A stretch of 57,318 nt of DNA from an uncultured Candidatus Saccharibacteria bacterium (GTDB lineage: Bacteria; Patescibacteriota; Minisyncoccia; Phycocordibacterales; EsbW-18). Under the pieces are notes generated by a model. The model was not told where the DNA came from. It ran no database searches and was given only the letters and a program-made list of their open reading frames with translations. Each line of letters starts with the position of its first letter. Within the stretch, counting starts at the first letter, position 1. The DNA lies in the NCBI GenBank assembly GCA_964608145.1, contig CAZSMD010000001.1:1-57318 (forward strand). Reading direction: 5' to 3'. This document shows positions 35,959 through 45,320 of this stretch, one piece after another. A program made the position numbers and the translations under genes.

Positions 35959-37695
35959 TTACTCCGTAAAATATTCCGGCGTATTGAGGTGCATCCAGTC
36001 AAACAGTTTGCGCATAACAGACGCTGAACCGATGAGGTTGGTCGCCGGACCGCTTTCCATGACGGTGACGAACGCGTACCGCGGATGTTCATAGGGCCAA
36101 AAACCGATAATCCACGAGTTTACGTTTGCCTTTGTCGCGCCGAGTTCGGCGGTTCCCGTTTTCCCGGCCATTTCTGTATACGCAACATTTATTGCTTTTG
36201 CCGTTCCTTCAAGCGCACCGAGTCGCATACCCTCGCGGACAATCCGGAGTGTTTCCTCAGAAACGGCAACGCGTTTCTGCGGCATACCTTCGGTTGTCAT
36301 GTGGAGATGCGGCGTCACCAGAATTCCGCCGTTTGCAATCGCCGCGACCGCCCGCACCATCTGAAGCGGCGTAACCTGGAACCCGTACTGCCCGATAGAT
36401 GTGTTGTAGGTGTCACCGAGACGCCATGGGTCGTCAGGAAAGAGTTCTTTTTTCCAGGCCTCGTTTGGAATAGTTCCTTCAACCTCTCCGGGCAAATCAA
36501 TTCCGGTCATTTCTCCGATTTCAAAAAGCCGAGTATACTTTTCAATACCCTTGATGCCGATACCCGGCTGGTCACCGAATCCCCCTCCGATGGTCATGAA
36601 ATACACGTTTGAGGAAACCGCGATGGCATGACGCATATCAACCCAGCCGTGCGCCTTCCAGTCCTTAAAAACGGTCGGTTGGTCGGGGTTGTACGGATTC
36701 GGCACGCGAAGTGCGCCGTCGCTGTATATTTGTTTTTCAGGAGAGATGATGTGTTCTTCGAGAGCACCAATTGCGGTGAACGGTTTGATAACGGAGCCCG
36801 GTGTGTAGAGTCCACCGACCGCCCGGTTCAAAAAAGGCGTCGCCTCGTCCGTCTGATACGCGACAATCGCGGCTCGATCCTCGCCCTCCGTCATAACATT
36901 TGCATCAAATTCCGGCATGCTCACAAGCGAAATGATTTCCCCGCTTCCAACGTCAAGAATAACCGAGGCGCCGCCGTCAAAACCGACGGAATCGGCAAGT
37001 TCGGTCATTAGTTCATACACCTTTCCCTGAATCCGGCTGTCAATCGCAATATAGAGTGGTTCCCCCGGTTCAGGACTGTCGATGACCGATTCGGACACGA
37101 TTGCACCGAGTGCGTTTTCCTCGACAATCTTCTTCCCGGGGCTCCCGGCAATGCTTGCGTCGTATAGTTTTTCAACACCGTCACGTCCGATGCTGGTGTC
37201 TTGAAAATAAATCCCCGATGCATCCTTCTGCGGATACGTCACAAAGCCGAGGACATGCGCAAAACCGGGAGTTTCAATGTATTTGCGGAGCGGAACGCCT
37301 GTGTGCCCGGCGGCAACAACTGTCGTGGATGCATCAGAGGTTGTCGCCTCATCAAACGGCGCTTCATTCCAGGCAAGCGGAACACCGTTCCTGTCGTAGA
37401 TAACACCGCGCTCTGCAAACAGTAATTCATGATCAAGGCGGTTGTTTTCTGACTGAGCATAATATGCCTCCCCGTCAGTAATCTGCAGCACAAAAACGCG
37501 AGCAAGAAGCAGGAGTGCAATACAAGCGATTGCGGCGCCAAAGATACGGATGGTCATCCGCCCGATGGGACGTTCAATGCGACCCTCAAACTGTGAACGG
37601 TCGAACTGCGGACTGTTGTGCGAGTCCATAAAAATCTCATCCGGCGCAATATCAGCCGTCCGCTCAATAAACCCTTTACGCTTGAAAAACATCAT
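35959..37695 (-). CDS. mrdA: penicillin-binding protein 2 (elongasome transpeptidase)
   Basis: TM anchor, PBP dimerisation and transpeptidase domains (GSVIKP, SSN, KTGTA). Follows mreBCD. Start trimmed to MMFFKRKG. Confidence 0.88.
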   Translation of the reverse strand: MMFFKRKGFIERTADIAPDEIFMDSHNSPQFDRSQFEGRIERPIGRMTIRIFGAAIACIALLLLARVFVLQITDGEAYYAQSENNRLDHELLFAERGVIYDRNGVPLAWNEAPFDEATTSDASTTVVAAGHTGVPLRKYIETPGFAHVLGFVTYPQKDASGIYFQDTSIGRDGVEKLYDASIAGSPGKKIVEENALGAIVSESVIDSPEPGEPLYIAIDSRIQGKVYELMTELADSVGFDGGASVILDVGSGEIISLVSMPEFDANVMTEGEDRAAIVAYQTDEATPFLNRAVGGLYTPGSVIKPFTAIGALEEHIISPEKQIYSDGALRVPNPYNPDQPTVFKDWKAHGWVDMRHAIAVSSNVYFMTIGGGFGDQPGIGIKGIEKYTRLFEIGEMTGIDLPGEVEGTIPNEAWKKELFPDDPWRLGDTYNTSIGQYGFQVTPLQMVRAVAAIANGGILVTPHLHMTTEGMPQKRVAVSEETLRIVREGMRLGALEGTAKAINVAYTEMAGKTGTAELGATKANVNSWIIGFWPYEHPRYAFVTVMESGPATNLIGSASVMRKLFDWMHLNTPEYFTE

Positions 37696-37945
37696 GGCGA
37701 AGACGAGAGGCAACAATCTCACGGACAATAAAGAGAGCACACACGGCGGCCGTAACAGTGCCGAAAAAACCGAAAAGCGGCGCCCCGGCGTACGCAAGGT
37801 CAAACAGAAGGGCGAGTGCACACCCTTCGACATAATGCGGAAAGAGAATGATACCGAGGAGCATCAGCAGCACGGAAAGCCACCACGGAAGCAGAAAAAC
37901 ACCCACGAGTGACGTGCCGATAAGCAGGAGTCGGGGAAAGAGCAT
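37676..37945 (-). CDS. mreD: MreD-like small membrane protein
   Basis: 89 aa, three hydrophobic helices (MLFPRLLLIGTSLVGVFLLPWWLSVLLMLLGIILF...). Positioned between mreC and mrdA. Internal start of track ORF 37676-38263. Confidence 0.55.
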   Translation of the reverse strand: MLFPRLLLIGTSLVGVFLLPWWLSVLLMLLGIILFPHYVEGCALALLFDLAYAGAPLFGFFGTVTAAVCALFIVREIVASRLRHDVFQA

Positions 37946-37946
37946 A

Positions 37947-38741
37947 TTAGTCTTCACGCGGGGTTGCAACAAAGACATACATGAGTTCATAGATGTTGAC
38001 CGGAATTCCTGCGCGCACGGTCTGAAATGCGTCGGTGTCATGCGTGACCGATTCAACAACCTGCGCAAGAATGTCGTGATCCCCAACGCGCCGCACCACA
38101 TCACCCGGCGCAACGACGATATCTTTCGGCACACGAAGCACGAATGACCCGCCTCCTTCTCCGTATGCAGTCGTCGAAAGCGAAACAGACGGCACGATGA
38201 CACTCTCTTCTGAAAGCGGAGAAGAAAACAACACCACGCGGGAAGTGTGCGTCCCGACAGCATCGACGCGGCCCAATGCGATGTCCCCTTCTGTTGTTAC
38301 AACATCACCGACTGCAACACCCTCCGAGGCGCCGATATCAATCAAAAAAATATCATAGGGAGAAACCCCTGGAGACGCCAGGACGCGCGCAATACGAGTC
38401 TCGGCAAGAGTGATGCCGCTTGCGAGCGCATAGAGTTCATCATATGCATCTTCAGCTTCATCAAACAGTTCCGCCTTCGCGCGCAGCATTGTATTTTCTT
38501 CGCGAAGCCGCTCATTTTCAACAATCAGCGTTCCTTTCGACGCAAAAAGACCCGCGACAAAACGCGCGCCTTCATTTGCGGCTGCCCGCACATGCAGAAA
38601 GGGTGTCCCAAAGGACAGCACTTCCTCCGAACTGCGCTTGGGAGTCGCCAAAACAACAATCCCGACAAAAAGCAGCACGACGGCCGTTCCGGTCAAAAGC
38701 TTTATGTGTGAACGAGATTTACGTTGTTGGGGGAAGAACAT
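37947..38741 (-). CDS. mreC: rod shape-determining protein MreC
   Basis: TM, a coiled coil (ENERLREENTMLRAKAELF) and beta-barrel domains. Start trimmed to MFFPQQRKSR. Confidence 0.85.
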   Translation of the reverse strand: MFFPQQRKSRSHIKLLTGTAVVLLFVGIVVLATPKRSSEEVLSFGTPFLHVRAAANEGARFVAGLFASKGTLIVENERLREENTMLRAKAELFDEAEDAYDELYALASGITLAETRIARVLASPGVSPYDIFLIDIGASEGVAVGDVVTTEGDIALGRVDAVGTHTSRVVLFSSPLSEESVIVPSVSLSTTAYGEGGGSFVLRVPKDIVVAPGDVVRRVGDHDILAQVVESVTHDTDAFQTVRAGIPVNIYELMYVFVATPRED

Positions 38742-39783
38742 TTTCCTCGATAATGATGACGTCCTGATAACGCTTTGTGTCTTCAACGACGACGCCCGTG
38801 CCTCGTGCAACCGAAGTCAGCGGGTCGTCAGCAACATAAACGGGAAGTTTGAGCCATTCGGTAAGAAAAACATCAAAACCGCGGATAAGTGCGCCGCCGC
38901 CCACAAGATAGATACCGCGCCGCATGACGTCGGACACAATTTCAGGCGGAGTCGTTTCAAGCACTTCTTTGATGGACTCAACAAGTGTGTCGATAGATGT
39001 GCCGATTGCCTCGCGCACATCCGCATCAGTTACTACAACTTCGCGCGGAAGTCCTGTCACCAAATCACGCCCGCGTACCGTCACTTCAATCGGCTGCGGC
39101 CCCGGAATAATGGAACCCACCTGTATTTTAAGGTCTTCCGCCGTACGCTCTCCGATTAAAATCTTAAATTCATCACGAATATAGCTCACGATGTCGTTAT
39201 TGAGACGGTCGCCGGCAATCTTGATATTCTTGCCGTTCACCACGCCGCCCAGTGAAATAACGGTGATGTCAGTCGTTCCGCCGCCAATATCGACGACCAT
39301 GCTCCCCGACGCGTCCTCAACCGGAAGCCGAACTCCGAGCGCCGCCGCCATAGGCTGCTCAACGACGTGCACTTCGCGCGCGCCCGCATTTTTTGCGGCG
39401 TCGCGCACCGCGCGGCGCTCGACGTTTGTCGTTCCAAACGGTACACCGATGACCACCTTGGGTCCGAGCAATTTTTTTCCTTCGCCTTGTGCGCGCCGGA
39501 TAAGATGCGCGAGAAATTCTTCCGTTACTTCGAAGTCAGAAATGACGCCGTCAACGAGCGGACGAACCGCGCTGATGTGTTCGGGCGTTCGACCGAGCAT
39601 GCGTTTTGCTTCATGACCGATTGCAACCACTTGTCCTGTTTTCTGGTTCAACGCGACAACCGTCGGTTCATTGATGATGATTCCTTTTCCACGAACATAC
39701 ACCAGCGTATTCGCCGTTCCCAAGTCAATTCCAATATCATCCGAGATAAAACTCCGGACTTTTTGTTTTAGTTTCTCCCACAT
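38719..39783 (-). CDS. mreB: rod shape-determining protein MreB
   Basis: IGIDLGTANTLVYV...VVDIGGGTTDITVISLGG actin-fold motifs. Confidence 0.96.
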   Translation of the reverse strand: MWEKLKQKVRSFISDDIGIDLGTANTLVYVRGKGIIINEPTVVALNQKTGQVVAIGHEAKRMLGRTPEHISAVRPLVDGVISDFEVTEEFLAHLIRRAQGEGKKLLGPKVVIGVPFGTTNVERRAVRDAAKNAGAREVHVVEQPMAAALGVRLPVEDASGSMVVDIGGGTTDITVISLGGVVNGKNIKIAGDRLNNDIVSYIRDEFKILIGERTAEDLKIQVGSIIPGPQPIEVTVRGRDLVTGLPREVVVTDADVREAIGTSIDTLVESIKEVLETTPPEIVSDVMRRGIYLVGGGALIRGFDVFLTEWLKLPVYVADDPLTSVARGTGVVVEDTKRYQDVIIIEENVLPPTT

Positions 39784-39878
39784 GTACCCCTGTGTGCACC
39801 CATTGTAGCCCGATTATACGCACGCGCAAACGCGCCGCCACACACTTCCGATTGTGGCAAACGACATCCGAGATATGA

Positions 39879-41135
39879 CTACCCGCGGCAAAGCGCCGCG
39901 ACGTCTTTCGGTTGAACAAAACGCGGTTCGCTTTCAGTCCGTCCTTTTACCTCAACGGTTCCCTGGGCAATTGTCTTTGCACTGATAACAACGCGAAGAG
40001 GAATGCCGATTAAATCAGCATCGGCGAATTTTTCTCCCGTGCGAACATCACGGTCGTCATACAGCACTGAAATTCCCTCCTGTTCAAGTTCTGCAACAAA
40101 TGTTTCCGCATAGGCGGCAACCGCCTCATCTTTTGCGGGATCAAGCGCGAGCACGTGCACCGCAAACGGCGCCACCTCTTTCGGCCAGACCATGCCCTTT
40201 TCATCAGCAAGCACCTCGACAATCGTCCCCATAAGACGCGTCGGGCCGATACCGTAACTGCCCATCACAACCGGCTTTGAAACCCCGCTTTCATCTTTGT
40301 AGGTAAGGCCGAGTGCATCAGAAAAGCGCGTACCGAGTGAAAAAATGTTTCCCACCTCAATTGCCTTCTTCTCAACCAGTTCATCGCGCGCAACACCGAG
40401 GTCTGCGAGTACTTCATCAAGCATGACTTCTTTGTTGACCGCAATGTTCTTTGCTTCATGCACAAACACCGTATCTTCTCCGCTCTCACACAGCGTCTGA
40501 AATTCATGCGAGTACTTCGCAAAAACACCGCCTGACGCGAAGGTCAGATACGTTCGGTCGCCAAGCCCGGCGCGGCGGAATACATTGCGGTATGCCTCTT
40601 TTGCTTTTTCGTAAAATGCTTCATGTTCTTCGGTCGTGCTCGAGAATGAATACAAATCTTTCATGAGAAACTCGCGGCCGCGCAGCACGCCGCTCTTTGC
40701 ACGCGCTTCATTGCGGAATTTCGTCTGAATCTGATATGCGCTTTTCGGCAAATCTTTGTATGACGAAATATGGTCGCGCATAATGTTCGTCAGCGCTTCT
40801 TCGTGCGTAAATCCCAAACCTAGCTCGCCTCCTGATTTGAGCGCGGTCTTAAACCAAATCTCATCGGCATCCCCTGTCCACCGGTCGGTCTGCTTCCAGA
40901 TTTCCGGATTCTGAAACGCGGAGAGAAACACCTCTTCTCCGCCGATTGCATTCATTTCCTCACGGATGATGGTGTTGATGTTGTTGACAACACGCAGTCC
41001 CAGCGGCAACAGCGAATACACGCCGGCCATTTCTTTGTGCACAAACCCGGCGCGGATAAGCAGCTGAGCATTTTTTGACACCTCGTCGGATGGCGCTTCA
41101 CGCCGTGTTTTCGTAAAAAGATGTGACTGCTTCAT
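39879..41135 (-). CDS. proS: prolyl-tRNA synthetase, bacterial-type core without the INS editing domain (418 aa)
   Basis: FRNEARAKSGVLRGREFLMKDLYSF (motif 2), GSYGIGPTRL (motif 3). Only about 65 aa lie between them where INS normally sits. Confidence 0.9.
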   Translation of the reverse strand: MKQSHLFTKTRREAPSDEVSKNAQLLIRAGFVHKEMAGVYSLLPLGLRVVNNINTIIREEMNAIGGEEVFLSAFQNPEIWKQTDRWTGDADEIWFKTALKSGGELGLGFTHEEALTNIMRDHISSYKDLPKSAYQIQTKFRNEARAKSGVLRGREFLMKDLYSFSSTTEEHEAFYEKAKEAYRNVFRRAGLGDRTYLTFASGGVFAKYSHEFQTLCESGEDTVFVHEAKNIAVNKEVMLDEVLADLGVARDELVEKKAIEVGNIFSLGTRFSDALGLTYKDESGVSKPVVMGSYGIGPTRLMGTIVEVLADEKGMVWPKEVAPFAVHVLALDPAKDEAVAAYAETFVAELEQEGISVLYDDRDVRTGEKFADADLIGIPLRVVISAKTIAQGTVEVKGRTESEPRFVQPKDVAALCRG

Positions 41136-41144
41136 ATACGTAGG

Positions 41145-42239
41145 TTAGAACAACTTCACTATATCATGCACCGTTACGACGACCATAAGCACAATCAGGA
41201 TGCCGAAACCGATAAGATTGACTGTCTGTGCGACCTTGGTAGGAATCGGCGAACCTTTTATTTTTTCGATAATGACAAAGAGAATGCGTCCGCCGTCGAG
41301 CGCCGGAAAAGGCAGGAGGTTGAGGACAGCGAGATTGAGCGAAATAAACGCAGCAAACGAAATGAGCGCAATAAATCCTTCCTTCGCGGCTGTACCGATA
41401 AGACCGGCAATTCCGACCGGGCCGGCGACCTGAGAAACATCCGCGTCTCCGCGCACCGCGTCTGCAAGAAAAGCAAAAAGTCCTTCTGCTGTTCCCACAA
41501 AAACGTTCGCCGTTGTTCGTACGCCCTCAAAGAGAGCGCTGTACCAGGGCAGCTTTACCGTGCCGATGTAATCAAGCGCGACACCGATTGCCCCGCGCCC
41601 CCCGTCACCGGTATCCGTCGGCATAATTTCGACTTCAGTTTCGACTCCATCGCGTACATAGCCGAGTACAAACGGCTCTCCCGCCCGCTGTCCGATGAAT
41701 GTCTGCACTTCGTCAACCGTCGGATTCATCATGCGATCCGTGCTCTGGGGAAGTTCAAAGTAGATGATTTCGTCACCCGCCGTGAGCCCGGCTGCTTCTG
41801 CCGGCGTGTCAGGAAACACCTGCAGGACGGTGACCACGGGAGTCCCGATGACGCCTTCGGTTTGAGGTGTGACCGACATGGGAAGCCCGCTCATAAACCC
41901 GATGGAAATAAGCACCCAGGCGAGAACCACGTTAAAAAAGACACCCGCAGCAAGCGTCCAAATCTGTGCCCACGCGGGTTTGCGCGCCAGGCTGCGCTCC
42001 GAGACATCGGCGTTTTCATCTCCGTCTTCGCCAAGAATCTTCACAAACCCGCCGAACGGAATCCAGTTCAGCGAATACATCGTCTCACTGCCCTTTGGCC
42101 GCCAGCCCCAGACGCGGGGAGGGAAACCAAGCCCGAATTCATCAACACGTGCGCCGACTGATTTTGCGGCGATAAAATGCCCGAGCTCATGCGCGAGGAT
42201 AAGCACGGCGAGCACAATGATGAAAATAAGAGCGGTCAT
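41145..42239 (-). CDS. rseP: RIP metalloprotease RseP (site-2 protease)
   Basis: ILAHELGHFIAAK HExxH motif, PDZ domain, C-terminal NLLPFPALDGG. Confidence 0.93.
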   Translation of the reverse strand: MTALIFIIVLAVLILAHELGHFIAAKSVGARVDEFGLGFPPRVWGWRPKGSETMYSLNWIPFGGFVKILGEDGDENADVSERSLARKPAWAQIWTLAAGVFFNVVLAWVLISIGFMSGLPMSVTPQTEGVIGTPVVTVLQVFPDTPAEAAGLTAGDEIIYFELPQSTDRMMNPTVDEVQTFIGQRAGEPFVLGYVRDGVETEVEIMPTDTGDGGRGAIGVALDYIGTVKLPWYSALFEGVRTTANVFVGTAEGLFAFLADAVRGDADVSQVAGPVGIAGLIGTAAKEGFIALISFAAFISLNLAVLNLLPFPALDGGRILFVIIEKIKGSPIPTKVAQTVNLIGFGILIVLMVVVTVHDIVKLF

Positions 42240-42241
42240 GA

Positions 42242-42793
42242 CTAGCTCAGAATTTCTTCTTCCTTGCGTTTTGCAATCGCATCAAGCGCTTCGTTTGCCT
42301 CTTTGATGACTTTTTCCATTTCGTCCTTTCCGCGGAATTTTTCGTCTTCAGAAAGTTCTCCGTCTTTTTCTTTTTTTTGAATATCACTCCAGACTTCTTC
42401 GCGGGCGCTGCGCACTGAAATACGCGCTTCTTCGAGTTTCTTGCCGACCATCTTGATGTACTTGTCCCGGCTTTCTCCGGTCATTTCAGGAAAGATAACG
42501 CGGATACCTTTATCATCGCCGACAATCGAAACTCCGAGGTCGGCATCACGAAGCGCCTTGTCAATTGCTGCTGTATTTCCGTGATCCCACGGCGCAATGC
42601 GAATCGTCCGCGCATCTTCAACAGTGACCCCGGCGACCTGATTGAGGGGCATTTTTGAGCCGTATACGTCCGCGCGAACACCGTCCAAAAGCGCAACTGA
42701 CGCGCGGCCGGTGCGAATTGCAGAGCATTCCTTCTTAAACCACTCCTGAATCTCTGCGCTCTTTGTCTTTAATTGTGCGAGGTTGTAAGCCAT
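42242..42793 (-). CDS. frr: ribosome recycling factor
   Basis: IRTGRASVALLDGVRADVYG...RIAPWD...SRDKYIKMVGKKLEEARISVR. Confidence 0.95.
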   Translation of the reverse strand: MAYNLAQLKTKSAEIQEWFKKECSAIRTGRASVALLDGVRADVYGSKMPLNQVAGVTVEDARTIRIAPWDHGNTAAIDKALRDADLGVSIVGDDKGIRVIFPEMTGESRDKYIKMVGKKLEEARISVRSAREEVWSDIQKKEKDGELSEDEKFRGKDEMEKVIKEANEALDAIAKRKEEEILS

Positions 42794-42808
42794 ATATAAC
42801 CGAGTATA

Positions 42809-43105
42809 TCACAGAGCGCCTTCCTTTTTGAGCATCGCACGCTTTTTTGCACTGCCGCCGAACGCATACCCGCCCATGCCGCCGTCCGCACGAATAACGC
42901 GGTGGCAGGGGACGCGCTTGTCGCGGTTTTTGCCCATGATGGTACCCACAGCGCGGGCCGCCCGAAGGCGGCCCGCGCGTTTCGCAACCTCACCGTACGC
43001 CATCGTCTTCCCTCTCGGAATTTTTGCGACGACCGTATACACTTTTTGCGCAAACACGGTGTTGCTACCCGAAAAGAGTTTCGTTTTTTGCTTTTTCCTT
43101 TCCAT
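42809..43105 (-). CDS. ogt: methylated-DNA--protein-cysteine methyltransferase (C-terminal domain only, active-site Cys present)
   Basis: FAQKVYTVVAKIPRGKTMAYGEVA...RVPCHRVIRADGGMGGY. Start trimmed to MERKKQ. Overlaps the upstream nuclease gene by 41 nt. Confidence 0.85.
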   Translation of the reverse strand: MERKKQKTKLFSGSNTVFAQKVYTVVAKIPRGKTMAYGEVAKRAGRLRAARAVGTIMGKNRDKRVPCHRVIRADGGMGGYAFGGSAKKRAMLKKEGAL

Positions 43106-43856
43106 TTTTGACAAGCGCCTGGAGCGACTTCCCCGCCGATTCACGGTATGGGCAGTACTCGCATCGCTCTCCTGTCGGAGGCAGTGCCTCCGCCATAAGT
43201 GTTTTCTTTGCCTCAATGAGCACCGGCTGAATCCATGAATCATTGCCGACATACGGAATGAGAAGCACGTCAAACTCCAGCTTTGCATCAAATGCAGCGC
43301 GGTCTTTTTTCCCGTTCACATACACAAAATATCCCGTATTCGAAACCGTAAACCCGTTTTTGCGGAGCAGCCATTGGTACACTTCCATCTGCCGCTTGTA
43401 TCCCTGCTGCCAAATGCCGTCCAGGTTTGGGTCCTCTTCTTTCGACGTCGCCTTGTAATCCACAACATGCAGCTCGCCTGAAGGAGAAACCCACACATCG
43501 TCAACAGCGCCGGTGATCAAAAAATTCGTCTCCGGCTCTACATACTGCACGCCCTTAAAGTTTTCCCGCCACACGTCCATGTCCGGGTGGTCAAACGGAA
43601 CCGCGTCGACACCGTATTGCTCCATCAAAGGATGCGCGGTGCCTTTTGCGCGATGCATATCGAATTCCTTTTTGAGAAGATGGTCGACCGCGACGTTCAG
43701 CGTAAAACCGGGCATTGAAGGACGCGAAACACCGAGGCGGCGGTCAAGATAAAAACAGCGCGGGCACTCATGAAAGAGGTCGATTTTCGAACGTGAAAGT
43801 TTAAAGGGTTCGCTTGACTGCGGATCAAACAATTTTTGTCTGCGCGTGAAAGCCAT
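43065..43856 (-). CDS. PD-(D/E)XK nuclease, Cas4/RecB-like, with 2+2 Cys metal or Fe-S ligands
   Basis: HECPRCFYLD near the N-terminus, DDVWVSPSGELHVVDYKAT core, YQWLL, C-terminal GERCEYCPY. ATG 43856 lies 8 nt after a TACAAT box. Confidence 0.7.
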   Translation of the reverse strand: MAFTRRQKLFDPQSSEPFKLSRSKIDLFHECPRCFYLDRRLGVSRPSMPGFTLNVAVDHLLKKEFDMHRAKGTAHPLMEQYGVDAVPFDHPDMDVWRENFKGVQYVEPETNFLITGAVDDVWVSPSGELHVVDYKATSKEEDPNLDGIWQQGYKRQMEVYQWLLRKNGFTVSNTGYFVYVNGKKDRAAFDAKLEFDVLLIPYVGNDSWIQPVLIEAKKTLMAEALPPTGERCEYCPYRESAGKSLQALVKNGKEKAKNETLFG

Positions 43857-43916
43857 ATGCCGCGATTGTAGCACGAAAAAGAAAAACGCCGCGTCCCCAG
43901 GGAATTGGGACGGGCG

Positions 43917-44147
43917 TTATGAGGCCTCGGAAAGGTCTCGAAGAACTGCGAGAGCAGCTGCGGACCCCGGGACGTAGCACTTGCCCCGGATTTCGATAAT
44001 CTTCTGCTCCCGAATAAGTTTCGGGAGGAGGGTCATCGCCTCGAACCGAAACTTCGAGGGCAGCCGCTTGACCGTCTCGTCACGCTCGAGCGGTCCGAAG
44101 CGCTTGAGCGCACTGTACAGCGCGCTCTCGATTGCGGACTGTCTCAT
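43917..44147 (-). CDS. hypothetical small protein (76 aa), possibly winged-helix
   Basis: AAAGGAGA RBS: MRQSAIESALYSALKRFGPLERDETVKRL...REQKIIEIRGKCYVPG. Confidence 0.5.
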   Translation of the reverse strand: MRQSAIESALYSALKRFGPLERDETVKRLPSKFRFEAMTLLPKLIREQKIIEIRGKCYVPGSAAALAVLRDLSEAS

Positions 44148-44258
44148 CGAATCTCCTTTCTGGCTGCCTAAGCAGCCCAGATGTTCTTTCTATTGTTTAT
44201 TATAACAGATGTATTCTAAAAGTCAATATCCGTTATCCACACCCTCTCTCCCCTGCTC

Positions 44259-44717
44259 CTAAAGGCCGCTTTTTGTGCCTTCGGTTATGTGGGCAACTCT
44301 CTGCTCAATAAACCAAAAAACGGTGAATGCAATGAGTGTAAGAATAGTTGCGGCGAATGCGATTGCATATAGTTCCATACCGACGGTCGCGCCGATACCC
44401 GCAGCCACCCAGAGTCCGGCCGCTGTTGTAAGGCCGACTGCGCTTTCTTCACGCAAGATAATCACACCGCCGCCGAGAAATCCGATACCGGTCACAATGC
44501 CGGCGATGATGCGTGTAATATCTGATCCCGAAATGCCGAGCGTCTCCGCCGATGCGAGTCCCATCACCACAAAGAGGCATGAACCGAGCGCAACAATGCC
44601 GTATGTGCGAAGCCCTGCAGCTTTACGCGCGAGCGTGCGTTCCGCGCCAATAGCCATGCCGAGAAGCATTGCGACAGTAAGCTGGACAACAAACGGGGTT
44701 ACGGAAGAAAAATCCAT
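44259..44717 (-). CDS. MgtC/SapB family membrane protein
   Basis: LLGMAIGAERTLARKAAGLRTYGIVALGSCLF...GIGFLGGGVIL. Confidence 0.88.
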   Translation of the reverse strand: MDFSSVTPFVVQLTVAMLLGMAIGAERTLARKAAGLRTYGIVALGSCLFVVMGLASAETLGISGSDITRIIAGIVTGIGFLGGGVIILREESAVGLTTAAGLWVAAGIGATVGMELYAIAFAATILTLIAFTVFWFIEQRVAHITEGTKSGL

Positions 44718-44768
44718 AGACGATGCTTGATAAATGTATAAATGTATCTGTGTGACGTCGTGTGTTGC

Positions 44769-45311
44769 CTAATACGTTTCAAACGGCATGCCGACTGGCG
44801 TATCACCTTCTTCAACAACCAGTGTGTCTTTTTTGAAATCAAACAGTCCGTCGCCGTCATCCCTATACATGAGTGCGATATAGACGCGCCCTTTCTCGGT
44901 CGCGCGCAGTAACAACACATCACCCTGCCACACGCCCGCGTCGAAACGCGCCGCGCCGAGGATATTACCGTACGAGGAACCGGCAAATTCACGCACCGCG
45001 ACCCAGCCCGGAGAAAGCAGCGATACTTTGCTCAGAAATACTTTTTTCCCGGCTTCCTGGTCCTTCACAAACACCTCGTTGCCTTCGGCCAAATTTGTCG
45101 CGTTTAAATCTTCCGCAACAACAGGTGCCCGGTACGGGTATCCTGCTTCAAGATACGGTTTGGGAGACTCATCAGCAGCCGAGTCCTCGGGCAAGGGCGC
45201 TTCAGCTGTGTTTCTTGTGCGATGCCAGATAATGAACCCCACGAGTACGGCGAGTGCGATAAAAATCGCGGTCCATGCTTTTCGAGCGTCTTTAACAAAT
45301 GCGGATGCCAT
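44769..45311 (-). CDS. hypothetical membrane-anchored protein with beta-rich ectodomain
   Basis: TM AWTAIFIALAVLVGFIIW, then FLSKVSLLSPGWVAVREF...VYIALMYRDDGDGLFDF. Confidence 0.55.
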   Translation of the reverse strand: MASAFVKDARKAWTAIFIALAVLVGFIIWHRTRNTAEAPLPEDSAADESPKPYLEAGYPYRAPVVAEDLNATNLAEGNEVFVKDQEAGKKVFLSKVSLLSPGWVAVREFAGSSYGNILGAARFDAGVWQGDVLLLRATEKGRVYIALMYRDDGDGLFDFKKDTLVVEEGDTPVGMPFETY

Positions 45312-45320
45312 ACGTGTACA

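Noticed and set aside
41166-42161. Long antisense ORFs opposite clear genes: 331 aa opposite rseP, 306 aa at 46418-47338 opposite mnmA, 299 aa at 22411-23310 opposite the secreted protein, 287 aa at 16645-17508 inside dnaE in another frame.
   Set aside because: Their translations are Arg/Ser/Pro-rich with no motifs. The opposite or alternative frame encodes well-recognised proteins or has a signal peptide plus RBS. These are typical shadow ORFs of GC-rich coding DNA.
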